A stretch of DNA of 64,000 nucleotides from Chlamydiota bacterium (GTDB lineage: Bacteria > Chlamydiota > Chlamydiia > Chlamydiales > RGXB01). The position numbers and the translations under genes are program-made. Position 1 is the first letter of the stretch; the number at the start of each line of letters is the position of its first letter. The stretch spans positions 16,793 through 80,792 of the forward strand of contig CANLTW010000005.1 in NCBI GenBank assembly GCA_947494155.1, in the 5' to 3' direction. The notes under the pieces are model-generated. The model had not been told where the DNA came from, did no database searches, and was given only the letters and a program-made list of their open reading frames with translations. Below are positions 9,212 to 19,273 of the stretch, piece by piece.

Positions 9212-11239
9212 CTAGCCGATTCTTCCCCCTGAAGGGGCACTTTCAAAAGAGAGCATTTCAAACGTCCCCTTTTCAACTACAGAAAGGATCATTCCGTGAC
9301 TCTCGATGCCCATCATTTTCCTAGGCTTTAGATTCGCAACAATCGCCACTTTTTTTCCTACTAAGGATGAGGGATCTGCCACAAAGTGGCGGATGCCCGA
9401 GAGGATTACCCTTTTTTCTCCCCCCACATCAAGAGTAAACTGAAGAAGCTTTTCACTCTTAGGAACAACCACACAATCTAAAACATCGGCCACCCTAAGG
9501 TCAACTTTTTCAAAGTCCGCAAATTCAATCATCGAGTAAGGGGTTTCTGCAGGATGGGAAATTGTTGCCGTTTTTGCAGTCTCAAGACCGCTAGGAAGGG
9601 GAGAATCGCTCACTATACCCTCTGTAAGTTCTAGTTCTAATTTTTGAAATAGGGGATAAGGATCCTTAAGCTCCTGAATTTCCAAGGCGGTAGCCCTGTT
9701 TCTTAACGGAACCTCGGATACACCTAAAAATCCCCAAGCCTCTTTTGTCGCATGGGGTAGTATTGGTTGCATTTGAGCCAACAGCGCTTGGACCGCCTTA
9801 ATACAAACGGCAAGAATAGTCTCTAGACGCTCTCTTTGGGAGGAATCTTTAACTAAACTCCAAGGCTTTTGTTGGTCGAAATATCGGTTGCAAGTCTGGG
9901 CCATCTCCAAGAGAGTTTCGGCCGCTTTCTTTATGGAAAAGTTCTCATAATGGGCTGCCCCCTCATCAAGTAAAGAGTGAAGCTGTGCGATAAAGCCCTG
10001 ATCCTCTTGCGTCATTACCCCCATCTTAGGCACAGACCCTAAACGGGATTGGATAAAGCTCAAAGTTCTGTGGATAAAATTTCCCAGCTTACCTACAAGC
10101 TCGGAGTTCACACGCACAACGAGATCTTCGAAAGAAAAATCGCAATCCTGGTGTTCGGGTGCGATCAAACTCAAGTAAAAACGGAGCCCGTCAGGGGATA
10201 TCCACTTAAGCATCGCATCAAGATCTAGGGAATTGCCCGATGATTTGCTAAACTTCTCCCCTTTAAGATTCAGAAACTCGTTCACCACAAGGTCATCTAC
10301 AAGTTTATAGGGAGTGTTTTGCCCCATGAGCATGGCTGGAAAAAGAACCGAATGGAAGGTGGTGTTATCTTTACCCACGAACTGCACGTAGCGTGTTTTA
10401 GGATCGAGCCAATAATCATTAACAAATTGGGGTTTAAGATCGTATGTGGCGCTAATATACCCAATCGGCGCATCGTACCAGACATACAAAACTTTCCCTT
10501 TTGTCCCCTCAATTGGCAAAGGGACGCCCCAATCGAGATCTCGCGTGATGCAACGGGGTTTAAGATCCTCTATGTATTGCCTGCTAAAGTTCATCGTTGA
10601 GGATTTAAAATTTTTTGTCTCAAGCCACTCCTTAAGACGCTCTTTGAAAAGGTCGAAACGGAAAAAATAGTGCTCAGTCTCCTTGAGCTCAAGCGGTTTT
10701 CTAGTCATTTTAGACAACGGATTTATAAGATCGGTCGCCTCAAAACTTGCTCCACATTTTGTACATTCATCCCCTCTAGCCTCATGAAAACCACACTTGG
10801 GGCAGGTTCCTACAACATACCGATCCGCTAAAAACCGCCCCTCAACAGGAGAATAGAGCTGATGGATCGTTTTTTTTTCGATCCAGCCGTTTTTAAGATG
10901 CTCTTTGAAGATCTCTTGTGTTCTATCGGCATGATGTTTCAAAGTCGTTCTGGAAAAATGGCTAAAATCTATCCCCATCCGTTGAAACAACTTTTTATTA
11001 ATCTCATGGAAGTGGTCCACCTGCTGCTGCGGAGTCCTTTTAGCCTCTTCCGCCTTAATCGTTATGGCGATTCCATACTCGTCAGACCCACAAATAAAGA
11101 GGCTTTCATCCCCCTTACTTAAAAGATAGCGATGGTAGATGTCTGCAGGCAGGTAAGCACCAGCAAGATGGCCAACATGAATTTGCCCGTTCGCATAGGG
11201 CAAAGCTGCGGTAATCAATGTTTTAGCGTGTCGTTTCAT
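9212..11239 (-). CDS. metG: Methionyl-tRNA synthetase with C-terminal tRNA-binding domain
   Basis: ALPYANGQIHVGH (HIGH), zinc knuckle CPKC...CTKC, KFSKS, C-terminal NLKPRKMMGIESHGMIL. Confidence 0.97.
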   Translation of the reverse strand: MKRHAKTLITAALPYANGQIHVGHLAGAYLPADIYHRYLLSKGDESLFICGSDEYGIAITIKAEEAKRTPQQQVDHFHEINKKLFQRMGIDFSHFSRTTLKHHADRTQEIFKEHLKNGWIEKKTIHQLYSPVEGRFLADRYVVGTCPKCGFHEARGDECTKCGASFEATDLINPLSKMTRKPLELKETEHYFFRFDLFKERLKEWLETKNFKSSTMNFSRQYIEDLKPRCITRDLDWGVPLPIEGTKGKVLYVWYDAPIGYISATYDLKPQFVNDYWLDPKTRYVQFVGKDNTTFHSVLFPAMLMGQNTPYKLVDDLVVNEFLNLKGEKFSKSSGNSLDLDAMLKWISPDGLRFYLSLIAPEHQDCDFSFEDLVVRVNSELVGKLGNFIHRTLSFIQSRLGSVPKMGVMTQEDQGFIAQLHSLLDEGAAHYENFSIKKAAETLLEMAQTCNRYFDQQKPWSLVKDSSQRERLETILAVCIKAVQALLAQMQPILPHATKEAWGFLGVSEVPLRNRATALEIQELKDPYPLFQKLELELTEGIVSDSPLPSGLETAKTATISHPAETPYSMIEFADFEKVDLRVADVLDCVVVPKSEKLLQFTLDVGGEKRVILSGIRHFVADPSSLVGKKVAIVANLKPRKMMGIESHGMILSVVEKGTFEMLSFESAPSGGRIG

Positions 11240-11287
11240 AGGTATAATCAGTGTAGCATTTTAGTAAGATTTATTTAAAAATAAAAA

Positions 11288-11437
11288 TTACTTTTGAAAG
11301 AGTCCATTAAGTTTCACCTCTTTGCCTGCACGGATCTCGTGTCGCGCCTTCCCTATAAGGGCCTGGGCTAATTTAAAAAGATCTTTTGTTTCGACTAAGT
11401 AGGATTCTGTTGTCAACGGTTTATGCTGATTTTTCAT
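11288..11437 (-). CDS. rpoZ: Small RNA polymerase omega subunit-like protein (49 aa), absent from the ORF track
   Basis: Translated by hand: MKNQHKPLTTESYLVETKDLFKLAQALIGKARHEIRAGKEVKLNGLFQK*; overlaps the gmk stop and occupies the gmk-rpoZ-metG slot. Confidence 0.7.
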   Translation of the reverse strand: MKNQHKPLTTESYLVETKDLFKLAQALIGKARHEIRAGKEVKLNGLFQK

Positions 11438-11966
11438 GGGATAGTATGTACTCCTTCACTGTGTTATAACATGTTTGTAGATCTAAATTAACGACCTGTT
11501 TGTCGTAAAAATCTTTTTTCGCCATCTCGTAACCGGCCCGCTCGATTCTTTTTTGGATCTCCTGGGCGGAGTTCGCGCCACGCCGCTCAAGCCGCTCTCT
11601 CAACGAATCTAAACTAGGGGGGAGAATAAAAATGGTAATTAATGGGACCTGGGCATTTTTTAAAGAGAGCATTCCATCAACATCAACAACAAAAACCAGA
11701 GGTTTTTTGGCCTCAAAAATTCTTTTCTTTTTTGTTCCATATAGATGGCCAAAGATCTCTTCCACCTCCGCAAACTCTGCGTTTTTCACACACTCATGAA
11801 ATTGTTCATCGGTGAGAAATTCGTAATCGAGCCCCTCAATCTCTAAACCCCGTTTGGGCCGTGTGGTGCAAGAGATACTCCGTTCACATATCCCCTCATG
11901 GATCAAACGCTCGGCAATAGTAGATTTTCCCACTCCGGAGGGTCCGGATAAAACTACATGCTTCAT
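11421..11966 (-). CDS. gmk: Guanylate kinase
   Basis: SGPSGVGKST, SCTTRPKRGLEIEGLDYEF, YGT. Confidence 0.96.
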   Translation of the reverse strand: MKHVVLSGPSGVGKSTIAERLIHEGICERSISCTTRPKRGLEIEGLDYEFLTDEQFHECVKNAEFAEVEEIFGHLYGTKKKRIFEAKKPLVFVVDVDGMLSLKNAQVPLITIFILPPSLDSLRERLERRGANSAQEIQKRIERAGYEMAKKDFYDKQVVNLDLQTCYNTVKEYILSHEKSA

Positions 11967-11967
11967 T

Positions 11968-12735
11968 TTATTTCAAAGTCTCCATCCGGTTCAACATATC
12001 CCAATCCATTTGTTCTAGCAAGAGCTCCTTAGGAAGTTTTTTGTTTTCTAACGAAATGCGCACGGGACCAAAGCTTTTTCTATGAATAGGGCTTACCCCA
12101 TGCAGTTTGATCTTCTCAAGGTGCTCTTTTGTACCATACCCCTTGTGCTTGAGAAAATTCCAACTAGGGTACATTTTATGGTATTTAAGCATCAAACGAT
12201 CTCGTGTCACCTTAGCTATGATCGATGCGGCTGCAATAGAGGCCGATTTTTTATCTCCATCGACAAGTGTTTTGTGTGGGCATCTCAAAGTGGGAGAGGC
12301 ATTTCCATCTATAAAGATGAAATCGGGCCGTTTTTTTAGCTTGCGTACGGCTAGCTGCATCCCTTTTAAGGTGGCTTGGTAGATATTTATCCGATCAATC
12401 TCTTCGTGATCTAGAATAGAAATCGAAAAGGTGACATCCTCTCTTTGAGATAATAGGTGGTACAACTCCTCCCGCTTCTTTTCGGTCAACAGCTTGCTAT
12501 CATTAAGTCCGACTATAGGGAAATCAACGGGAAGGATACAGGCAGCGACAACAACCGGTCCGGCAAGGGGTCCACGACCCGCCTCATCAACACCAGCTAT
12601 ACAGCTGTAACCGGCCTTAAGAGCACATTTTTCATAATGATAAAGATCGAAAGAGTCCTTAAAAGGGAGATCCTCAAAATCTACATTCTTTTCGGTGCCT
12701 TGCTCAAGAGCAATGTTTGCACTTTCCGAATCCAT
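11968..12735 (-). CDS. rnhB: Ribonuclease HII
   Basis: GVDEAGRGPLAGPV, NDSKLL, SIAAASIIAKVTRD, HKGYGT. Confidence 0.97.
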   Translation of the reverse strand: MDSESANIALEQGTEKNVDFEDLPFKDSFDLYHYEKCALKAGYSCIAGVDEAGRGPLAGPVVVAACILPVDFPIVGLNDSKLLTEKKREELYHLLSQREDVTFSISILDHEEIDRINIYQATLKGMQLAVRKLKKRPDFIFIDGNASPTLRCPHKTLVDGDKKSASIAAASIIAKVTRDRLMLKYHKMYPSWNFLKHKGYGTKEHLEKIKLHGVSPIHRKSFGPVRISLENKKLPKELLLEQMDWDMLNRMETLK

Positions 12736-12792
12736 ATTTTGAGGATTTCCCTTTAAATTTGCTGCCTTAGATCACTAAAGAAGAAAAAGATT

Positions 12793-13149
12793 TTACTTTG
12801 CTCTTGGACGAATCTTATCTTTAACGCGAGCTTTTGCACCCGTTTTGTGTTCGAGGTAGTTTAACTTGGCACGTCGCACTTTACCTAGGCGCTTCACCTC
12901 AACAGTGATTTTTGGGCTATGTACAAACATAGTGCGTTGAGTTTTGTAACCGCCTGCTACTCTCAATACTGTAAAAGTCTCGGAGATTCCACGACCTTTG
13001 CGGCCAATTACGGTACCTTCGTATACCTGTGTGCGCTCCTTCTCACCCTCTTTGATTCTCAAGAGAACTTTGACGGTGTCGCCGGGAACAAAATTAGGCA
13101 AGGATTCTTTCACATGCCCTTCGTTAATTTTATCAATGAGTTGGTTCAT
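12793..13149 (-). CDS. rplS: 50S ribosomal protein L19 (likely start at ATG 13149)
   Basis: PGDTVKV, EGEKERTQVYEG, GKVRRAKLNYL. Confidence 0.96.
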   Translation of the reverse strand: MNQLIDKINEGHVKESLPNFVPGDTVKVLLRIKEGEKERTQVYEGTVIGRKGRGISETFTVLRVAGGYKTQRTMFVHSPKITVEVKRLGKVRRAKLNYLEHKTGAKARVKDKIRPRAK

Positions 13150-13834
13150 AGTTTTTTTTCTCAAAATTCAAGTCGGGTCGAACCCGAAGTGTCTTAGCCT
13201 TCCCCTCTTTAGCTCGCCACTCAGAGATCTTTTTGTGATCCCCTTGGGTTAGAACTTCGGGCACTTTGACCCCACGAAATGCGTAAGGTCTGGTAAATGA
13301 GGGATAATCAAATCCCCCGTCGTTTGTGTGAAACGAATCTTCAAACGCTGAGAGCTCGTCGCCAAGAACACCGGGTATAAATCGTATCAGGGCATCCATG
13401 ACAATCAGTGCTGCGGGGCAACCGGAGGTGAGTACAACATCGCCGATGCTGATCTCTTCAGTGACATTGAGGTCAATGACTCTCTGGTCAATCCCCTCAT
13501 AGTGCCCACACAACAAAACTACATGCTCTTTTTTTGCCAGCTCTTCGGCCTTTTTAGCGTCAAAGAGCTTTCCTTGAGGCGTCAAGTAGACAATGTGAGC
13601 GTTCTCAGTTCGTACGAAATCTATAGCTTTTTGAACCGGCTCAGGCATCATTACCATTCCCGGCCCACCTCCGTAGGGGCGATCGTCGACTTTACGATGT
13701 TTATTATCGGCAAAATCTCGAATATCTACCCTTTGGATGTCCACTATCCCTTTTTCCTGGGCTCTTTTCAAAATACTTGTATTGATAGGAGTCGTAAAGA
13801 AATCGGGAAATAGGGATAAAATGCTAATCTTCAC
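13133..13834 (-). CDS. trmD: tRNA (guanine-N1)-methyltransferase
   Basis: VDDRPYGGGPGMV, LCGHYEGIDQR, ISIGDVVLTSG. Confidence 0.97.
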   Translation of the reverse strand: MKISILSLFPDFFTTPINTSILKRAQEKGIVDIQRVDIRDFADNKHRKVDDRPYGGGPGMVMMPEPVQKAIDFVRTENAHIVYLTPQGKLFDAKKAEELAKKEHVVLLCGHYEGIDQRVIDLNVTEEISIGDVVLTSGCPAALIVMDALIRFIPGVLGDELSAFEDSFHTNDGGFDYPSFTRPYAFRGVKVPEVLTQGDHKKISEWRAKEGKAKTLRVRPDLNFEKKNYEPTH

Positions 13835-14129
13835 GTTTCTTTTTTAACTGCTTTTCTCTTCTATTACGGATCAAATCCAAAATTTCAGGGAAGCGGGTTC
13901 TAAATAGATCATGTACACTATCAGTGAGTTCGGCGCCTACGCTTACCCAGTATTGCACTCGTTCTTTATCAAAATGCGCTTTTAAAGAATCTTCTACCTG
14001 GTGAGGGTCATAGCTGCCTAAATTTTCGATCAAACGCCCGTCTCTAGGAAAGCGGGTGTCCGCAGCAATCAAGCGAAACTTGGAGCAATTTCTGCGACCG
14101 GTTCGCGACAAACGGATTTTCACTGCCAT
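13824..14129 (-). CDS. rpsP: 30S ribosomal protein S16
   Basis: MAVKIRLSR, RDGRLIENLGSYDP. Confidence 0.96.
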   Translation of the reverse strand: MAVKIRLSRTGRRNCSKFRLIAADTRFPRDGRLIENLGSYDPHQVEDSLKAHFDKERVQYWVSVGAELTDSVHDLFRTRFPEILDLIRNRREKQLKKKRED

Positions 14130-14462
14130 AATTGGTTTATAGTCTCCTTAAAATGTTTGACATTCTACAGTAAAACGGAAATAACGAAAAGAGAAAATCG
14201 GTGAAAAAAGGGTCCCAAACCGGTTAAGAGATCAAATTTTATTTTTAATTCCAGAATATTTTTTTTAAACAGCGTTGTTCATCTTAAATCCACATCAAAA
14301 AAGGGGGATTAGGTATGCGCTATTTCGATCCGATGGCAAGGAATTTTAGGGGGGCGACTTGGGGCCTAAATGAGGTTTTACAAGCCAAATTTTTTGAAAT
14401 TTTAAAGATTTTTTTCGATTTTTCGTGAATAAATGGATGCTTTGCTATCAGGCAAAAAAAGC

Positions 14463-15584
14463 TTAGTGAACACGAGCGACTCGTGTAGCGCGAGCCCCGA
14501 TTTTGGACAAAATTTCGTAGGAAATCGTCCCTGCCGCTCTGGCCCAATCGTCAGCAGTAGCGCTCTTATCACCCCCGAATAACACAGCTCGATCTCCCGC
14601 TTGCACCGTCGTTTCTGCACCCAAGTCCACCGTAATCTGATCCATCGATACCCGCCCTATCAGGGGAAATTTTTCCCCTTTAATAGTGCACCAGATTTGC
14701 ATAGGGCCGTCCAGCCTTCGGGGGATGCCATCGGCATACCCTAGCGCAATCAATCCAATATATCGATCCTCAAAAAGTCGCACTGTTGCGCCATAACCGA
14801 TCGAGGCACCGGCAGAAACTTTTTTCACCAAGACAACGACAGCACTTAATTCCATCACCGGCAGCACGTTCGGACAGCCTTTAAATCCAGTTGAAGGGGC
14901 ATAACCATAAAGAAGTATCCCGGACCGTACCATATCATAATACAAGTGCGGAAAATGGATTACCCCTCCCGAGTTGGCTATATGCCGAATTCCAGGAGAA
15001 ATTCCTTTTGCCTTGAGATATTCCAAAGCGGCTTGAAATCGCTCCCCTTGCTGCTGATTCAACGGGTGTTCTGGTTCATCGGAGCACGCCAGATGCGACC
15101 AGGTTCCTACAAGTTCTATACGCTTTTGATCAATGAGTTTTCCGATTGCACCCACCAAAGCAGGGAATTCTTCCAGAGCTCCCCCCCTCGTCATCCCTGT
15201 ATCCACCTCTAAATGAATTCTTGGTTTACAACCTATGACATCTCCTTGGGAAACAATCGCTTGAAGTTGGTCTAAAGAGGAGACCGAAAGATCAATTCCC
15301 CAATCTAATGCCTGCCGAAAATCTTCACTTGGGGGTGACAGCCAGGCTAAAATGGGTGCAGTAATCCCCCCTTGACGTAGCTTGATTGCCTCATCCAAAA
15401 AAGCGGTGCCTATCCAGGTAGCTCCGCCAAAAATCGCAGCATGCGCAGACGGTACGATTCCATGACCATAAGCATCAGCTTTTACCACTGCCATCAAAGG
15501 GGTCTCGGTAAAACGAATGATAGATCTAGCGTTTGCTGCTATTTGGCCATAGTCTATTGTCGCAATGATATTTGATTTAGCCAT
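14463..15584 (-). CDS. alr: Alanine racemase
   Basis: PLP lysine motif AVVKADAYGHG, DTGMTRGG, GYADGIPR, GRVSMDQ, GTISYEI. Confidence 0.96.
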   Translation of the reverse strand: MAKSNIIATIDYGQIAANARSIIRFTETPLMAVVKADAYGHGIVPSAHAAIFGGATWIGTAFLDEAIKLRQGGITAPILAWLSPPSEDFRQALDWGIDLSVSSLDQLQAIVSQGDVIGCKPRIHLEVDTGMTRGGALEEFPALVGAIGKLIDQKRIELVGTWSHLACSDEPEHPLNQQQGERFQAALEYLKAKGISPGIRHIANSGGVIHFPHLYYDMVRSGILLYGYAPSTGFKGCPNVLPVMELSAVVVLVKKVSAGASIGYGATVRLFEDRYIGLIALGYADGIPRRLDGPMQIWCTIKGEKFPLIGRVSMDQITVDLGAETTVQAGDRAVLFGGDKSATADDWARAAGTISYEILSKIGARATRVARVH

Positions 15585-15759
15585 GTGCCCTCTTCCCCAC
15601 TATCAAAAAAGAGGTGGCTTGTTCAAAAAGATCTAAAAAAGATTTCACCAGCTCCACTTCTAAAAGCCACCCATTCTAACTCTTTAAATTCTTCTTCAAT
15701 ACCCTTGATGTCTGTGTAAGGTATTTAAAGAAAAAAGGGAATCATGGAGAAAAAATAGA

Positions 15760-17091
15760 TTAGAAAAGGCCTCCAAACCCACCAAAGGATTTAAATTTCT
15801 TTTTTAACTGAGGGATGTTTTTGGAAAAGAGTTTAGCTTGCTTGAACCCTTTAACCAACCGATTAACATCGTCGATCATCGTCCCCGACCCTTTTGCGAT
15901 TCTTTGCCGGCGCCCATGGTCTATTTCGGTGTCGCCCTGCCTTTCATGGACAGTCATGGATAAAATAATCGCTTTGGCTTTTTTGGAATCTTTTTCAAAA
16001 TCGATATCGTCCGGAAGTTCGGGCATACCCGGGATCATCTTTAAAAGCCCTTTCATGGGACCTAGTTTACTGAGCTTGGTGAGCTGTTCAAGAAAATCTT
16101 GGTAGGTAAAAGAGCCTTGCAGTAGTTTTTTTTCCATGTCGGGTTGCTCATCGCCGTCGAAAGTGTTTTGCACCTTTTTGACGAGATTAATCACATCCCC
16201 CATACCTAGGATACGGTCAGCCATTGAGGCTGGATTGAAAAGCTGGATATCTTGAATCCCCTCTCCGATCCCCTCAAATTTTAGAGGACACTTTGTCACC
16301 TCAAGAATTGAAATCGCGGCCCCTGCTCTTGCAGTTCCATCAAGCATAGTCAATATTGAACCTGTAATCTCTACAGCCTTGTTGAACTCATCTGCAGTTT
16401 TTACCGCATCCTGACCGGTTGCTGCTGAAGCTACAAAAAGAACCTCATCAGGATTTGTCCTCTTTTTAATTTGGCAGATCTGGTCCATCAATGCCTGATC
16501 AACATGCAGTCGGCCGGCAGTATCAATCAAAACAAGATCATGTTCATTTTTTTTGGCGTACTCAAGCCCTTTTTCGACAACGTGCAAAGGATCTTTTTCC
16601 TCAAGATTTGCATAGACAGCAACGTTTGCTCTGCCTGCCAATATTTTAAGCTGTTCTATCGCAGCGGGTCTTTGTAGATCCGCAGCAATAATCAAAGGAC
16701 TTTTGTTGTATTTTTTTCCCTTTAGAAGGTTAGCTAACTTGACCGCTTGCGTTGTTTTTCCTACCCCTTGAAGCCCTACAAGCATCCAGACAGAGGGGCT
16801 CCCTTTCATCCTAATGGAGGGCTCGGTAGAACCCATCAACTCGACAAGCTCATCGTGGACGATTTTGACAAACAAATCTTTGGGCTGAAGGTGGTGCGAG
16901 GCTATGGAACCTAAAGCCTTCTCTTTTACCTTTTTTACAAACGCGCTTACGATGGGGTAGCTCACGTCGGCATCAAGAAGCGCCATGCGCACATTGCGCA
17001 CCGCTTCAGAGACATTCTCCTCTGTAAGCTTTGTAACACCAGTTAAAGAAGAAAAAATATTGCGGAACTTATCCGATAAACCTTGAAACAT
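15760..17091 (-). CDS. ffh: Signal recognition particle protein
   Basis: GLQGVGKTT, DTAGRLH, RILGMGDV, RRQRIAKGSG. Confidence 0.97.
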   Translation of the reverse strand: MFQGLSDKFRNIFSSLTGVTKLTEENVSEAVRNVRMALLDADVSYPIVSAFVKKVKEKALGSIASHHLQPKDLFVKIVHDELVELMGSTEPSIRMKGSPSVWMLVGLQGVGKTTQAVKLANLLKGKKYNKSPLIIAADLQRPAAIEQLKILAGRANVAVYANLEEKDPLHVVEKGLEYAKKNEHDLVLIDTAGRLHVDQALMDQICQIKKRTNPDEVLFVASAATGQDAVKTADEFNKAVEITGSILTMLDGTARAGAAISILEVTKCPLKFEGIGEGIQDIQLFNPASMADRILGMGDVINLVKKVQNTFDGDEQPDMEKKLLQGSFTYQDFLEQLTKLSKLGPMKGLLKMIPGMPELPDDIDFEKDSKKAKAIILSMTVHERQGDTEIDHGRRQRIAKGSGTMIDDVNRLVKGFKQAKLFSKNIPQLKKKFKSFGGFGGLF

Positions 17092-17094
17092 GCT

Positions 17095-17742
17095 TTAAGA
17101 TTCTATGAGAGGTTCCGACTGAAAAACAAGCGAAAAAAATCGATCGTGCCCACTATAGTCTTTCTCGACTTTGAGTTGGTGATAAAATGGGGCAGAAAAA
17201 ATCTCTAAAAGTTTGGACCCTTGGCGAAATCCTATTTCAAAATAGACAAAAGCCCCCTGTTTCAACACCCTAGGCAAATCTGTCGCCAGGCGCCGATAAA
17301 AATCGAGCCCATCCTCGCCGCCAAAAAGGGCGATTTTTGGCTCTTTTAAGGCCTCCTCATCCATGAAATCCACCTCATCTAGTGCAACATAGGGTGGATT
17401 GCAAACTAAAAGATCTACCTTGATGTCTTTATGGATTAAAGGCTCCAGAAGATCCCCTTGAAAAACAGGAGCTTGAACAGCATTAAGCGCTAGGTTTTTT
17501 TTCAATATTTCTAATGCGTCATGGGAGATGTCGGAAAAATAGGGTTGAGATGTTTTGAAAACAAGACTTAGAGGAATACCTATTGTGCCACATCCACAAC
17601 AGATGTCAGCAAACGATTGCGGAGGATTTTTTTTGTGATGGAGAGCTATTTTTTCGACCAACAGCTCTGTCTCTAATCGTGGAATTAAACATTTTTGGGG
17701 ATCAACAAGAAGGCGACTGTGATAAAACTCAATCTCTTTCAT
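17095..17742 (-). CDS. prmC: Release factor glutamine methyltransferase (short N-terminus)
   Basis: LIPRLETE, DICCGCG, NPPY, GGEDGLDFYR; directly downstream of prfA. Confidence 0.9.
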   Translation of the reverse strand: MKEIEFYHSRLLVDPQKCLIPRLETELLVEKIALHHKKNPPQSFADICCGCGTIGIPLSLVFKTSQPYFSDISHDALEILKKNLALNAVQAPVFQGDLLEPLIHKDIKVDLLVCNPPYVALDEVDFMDEEALKEPKIALFGGEDGLDFYRRLATDLPRVLKQGAFVYFEIGFRQGSKLLEIFSAPFYHQLKVEKDYSGHDRFFSLVFQSEPLIES

Positions 17743-17815
17743 AGAAATTTAAAAAAACCTGTTTTTAAGATAATTCGGTTACAGAGTCGATAAAAAAAAG
17801 GGGTTGGAGGCGTTA

Positions 17816-18892
17816 CTATAAAGCTTCGCTCAAAGCGCGCGTGGCTTCATCGGAAAGTAGAGCATCCGTCACCTCATTAAGATAGCCATCCATCACTCTA
17901 TCGAGATTGTAAGAGGTAAAATTGACACGATGATCGGTGAGCCTGTTTTGAGGAAAATTGTATGTGCGTATGCGCTCTGAACGCTCTGCAGAACCCACTT
18001 GATCAAGCCTTAATTTAGCCCTTTCGCTCTCTCTCTCCTGGCGCTGTTTATCCAACATGCGCGCCTTTAAAAGAGTCATCGCTTTCGCTCGGTTTTTAAT
18101 TTGCGAACGCTCCTCCTGGCAATAGACCACCATTCCCGACGGAACGTGTGTTATGCGCACAGCAGAATCGGTGGTATTTACGTGCTGACCACCGGCTCCC
18201 GAAGAACGGTAAGTATCGATTTGCAGGTCTTTTTCATTGAGATCGATCTCCTCCTCCTCGTCGGGCTCGGGCATGATCGCCACAGTAATGGTGGAGGTAT
18301 GGATGCGCCCTTGCGCTTCGGTCTTTGGGACTCTTTGGACACGATGGGTGCCCGCCTCGAATTTCATAAATTTGAAAACGTTTTCCCCTTTTACAGAAAA
18401 AATGGCCTCTTTAAGACCACCCATATCAGCCTCAGAAAGGGACATGGTTTGAAAGCTCCAGCCTTTTGTATCAGCGTACATCCGATACATGCGCACGCAA
18501 TCGGCCACAAAAAGGGCCGCCTCTTCACCACCGGTACCGGCGCGAAGCTCTAAAATCACATTACGATGGTCATCCGGGTCGGGTGGAACCAAAAGCTGAA
18601 CGAGCTCTTTTTCTAAAACAGGGATAGAGATCTCCAAACGGCTGATCTCGTCTTTGAGCATCTCCTTCATCTCGGGATCGTTTTCGATTTCAAGGAGCTC
18701 TTTGCTCTCTTGAATTCCTTTTTGAGATGAGATAAGGGTGTCTTGGGTCTGCTTGAGCTGCGACAGTCTCGCATGTTCGGAGGAGAGTTTTTTGAACTCT
18801 TTCACGTTTCTTGCCACCTGCTCAGTGGAAAGAAGCGCTTCTACTTCTTCTAAGCGATCTAGACGCTGACGTATTTTTTCTTGCAGACCCAT
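17816..18892 (-). CDS. prfA: Peptide chain release factor 1
   Basis: GTGGEEAALF, RVPKTE (PxT), GAGGQHVN. Confidence 0.98.
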   Translation of the reverse strand: MGLQEKIRQRLDRLEEVEALLSTEQVARNVKEFKKLSSEHARLSQLKQTQDTLISSQKGIQESKELLEIENDPEMKEMLKDEISRLEISIPVLEKELVQLLVPPDPDDHRNVILELRAGTGGEEAALFVADCVRMYRMYADTKGWSFQTMSLSEADMGGLKEAIFSVKGENVFKFMKFEAGTHRVQRVPKTEAQGRIHTSTITVAIMPEPDEEEEIDLNEKDLQIDTYRSSGAGGQHVNTTDSAVRITHVPSGMVVYCQEERSQIKNRAKAMTLLKARMLDKQRQERESERAKLRLDQVGSAERSERIRTYNFPQNRLTDHRVNFTSYNLDRVMDGYLNEVTDALLSDEATRALSEAL

Positions 18893-18905
18893 AGGTTAAG
18901 GGAGT

Positions 18906-19157
18906 TTATGCCCCTTTTTTGCCGTACTTTTTCAAGAACTGCGCAGCTCTACCGTATTGCGAGCCTTTTTGCCCTTTGTCCCCAAGATAAAAACTGTGGG
19001 AGTGGGAGCTAACAGCCAGCTTCACCATAGGATACTCTTTCCCCTCGTGGCTACCTGTCAAATTTGTTTTTCGTGTGGAATTAACCACAAACTTGTCCCC
19101 TGTCGTCTGGTCCTCAAATAGAACCGCACGGTATTCTGGGTGCTTACCTTCTTTCAT
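18906..19157 (-). CDS. rpmE: 50S ribosomal protein L31, type B (no Cys)
   Basis: MKEGKHPEY, SSHSHSFYLG, GRAAQFLKKY. Confidence 0.9.
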   Translation of the reverse strand: MKEGKHPEYRAVLFEDQTTGDKFVVNSTRKTNLTGSHEGKEYPMVKLAVSSHSHSFYLGDKGQKGSQYGRAAQFLKKYGKKGA

Positions 19158-19273
19158 GAGTGCCCTTTTTTGTTCTAAAAGGCTTTTATATTACTCAATC
19201 GATGTGGATAAAAACAAGTATTTTCGGTAAACTAAAGGTCTTAAATCTTCCAGGGAACTTTTCATAAGGTAAT

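Noticed and set aside
14130..14462. tRNA, ncRNA or rimM remnant in the alr-rpsP spacer
   Set aside because: No cloverleaf, recognisable RNA motif or credible ORF was seen
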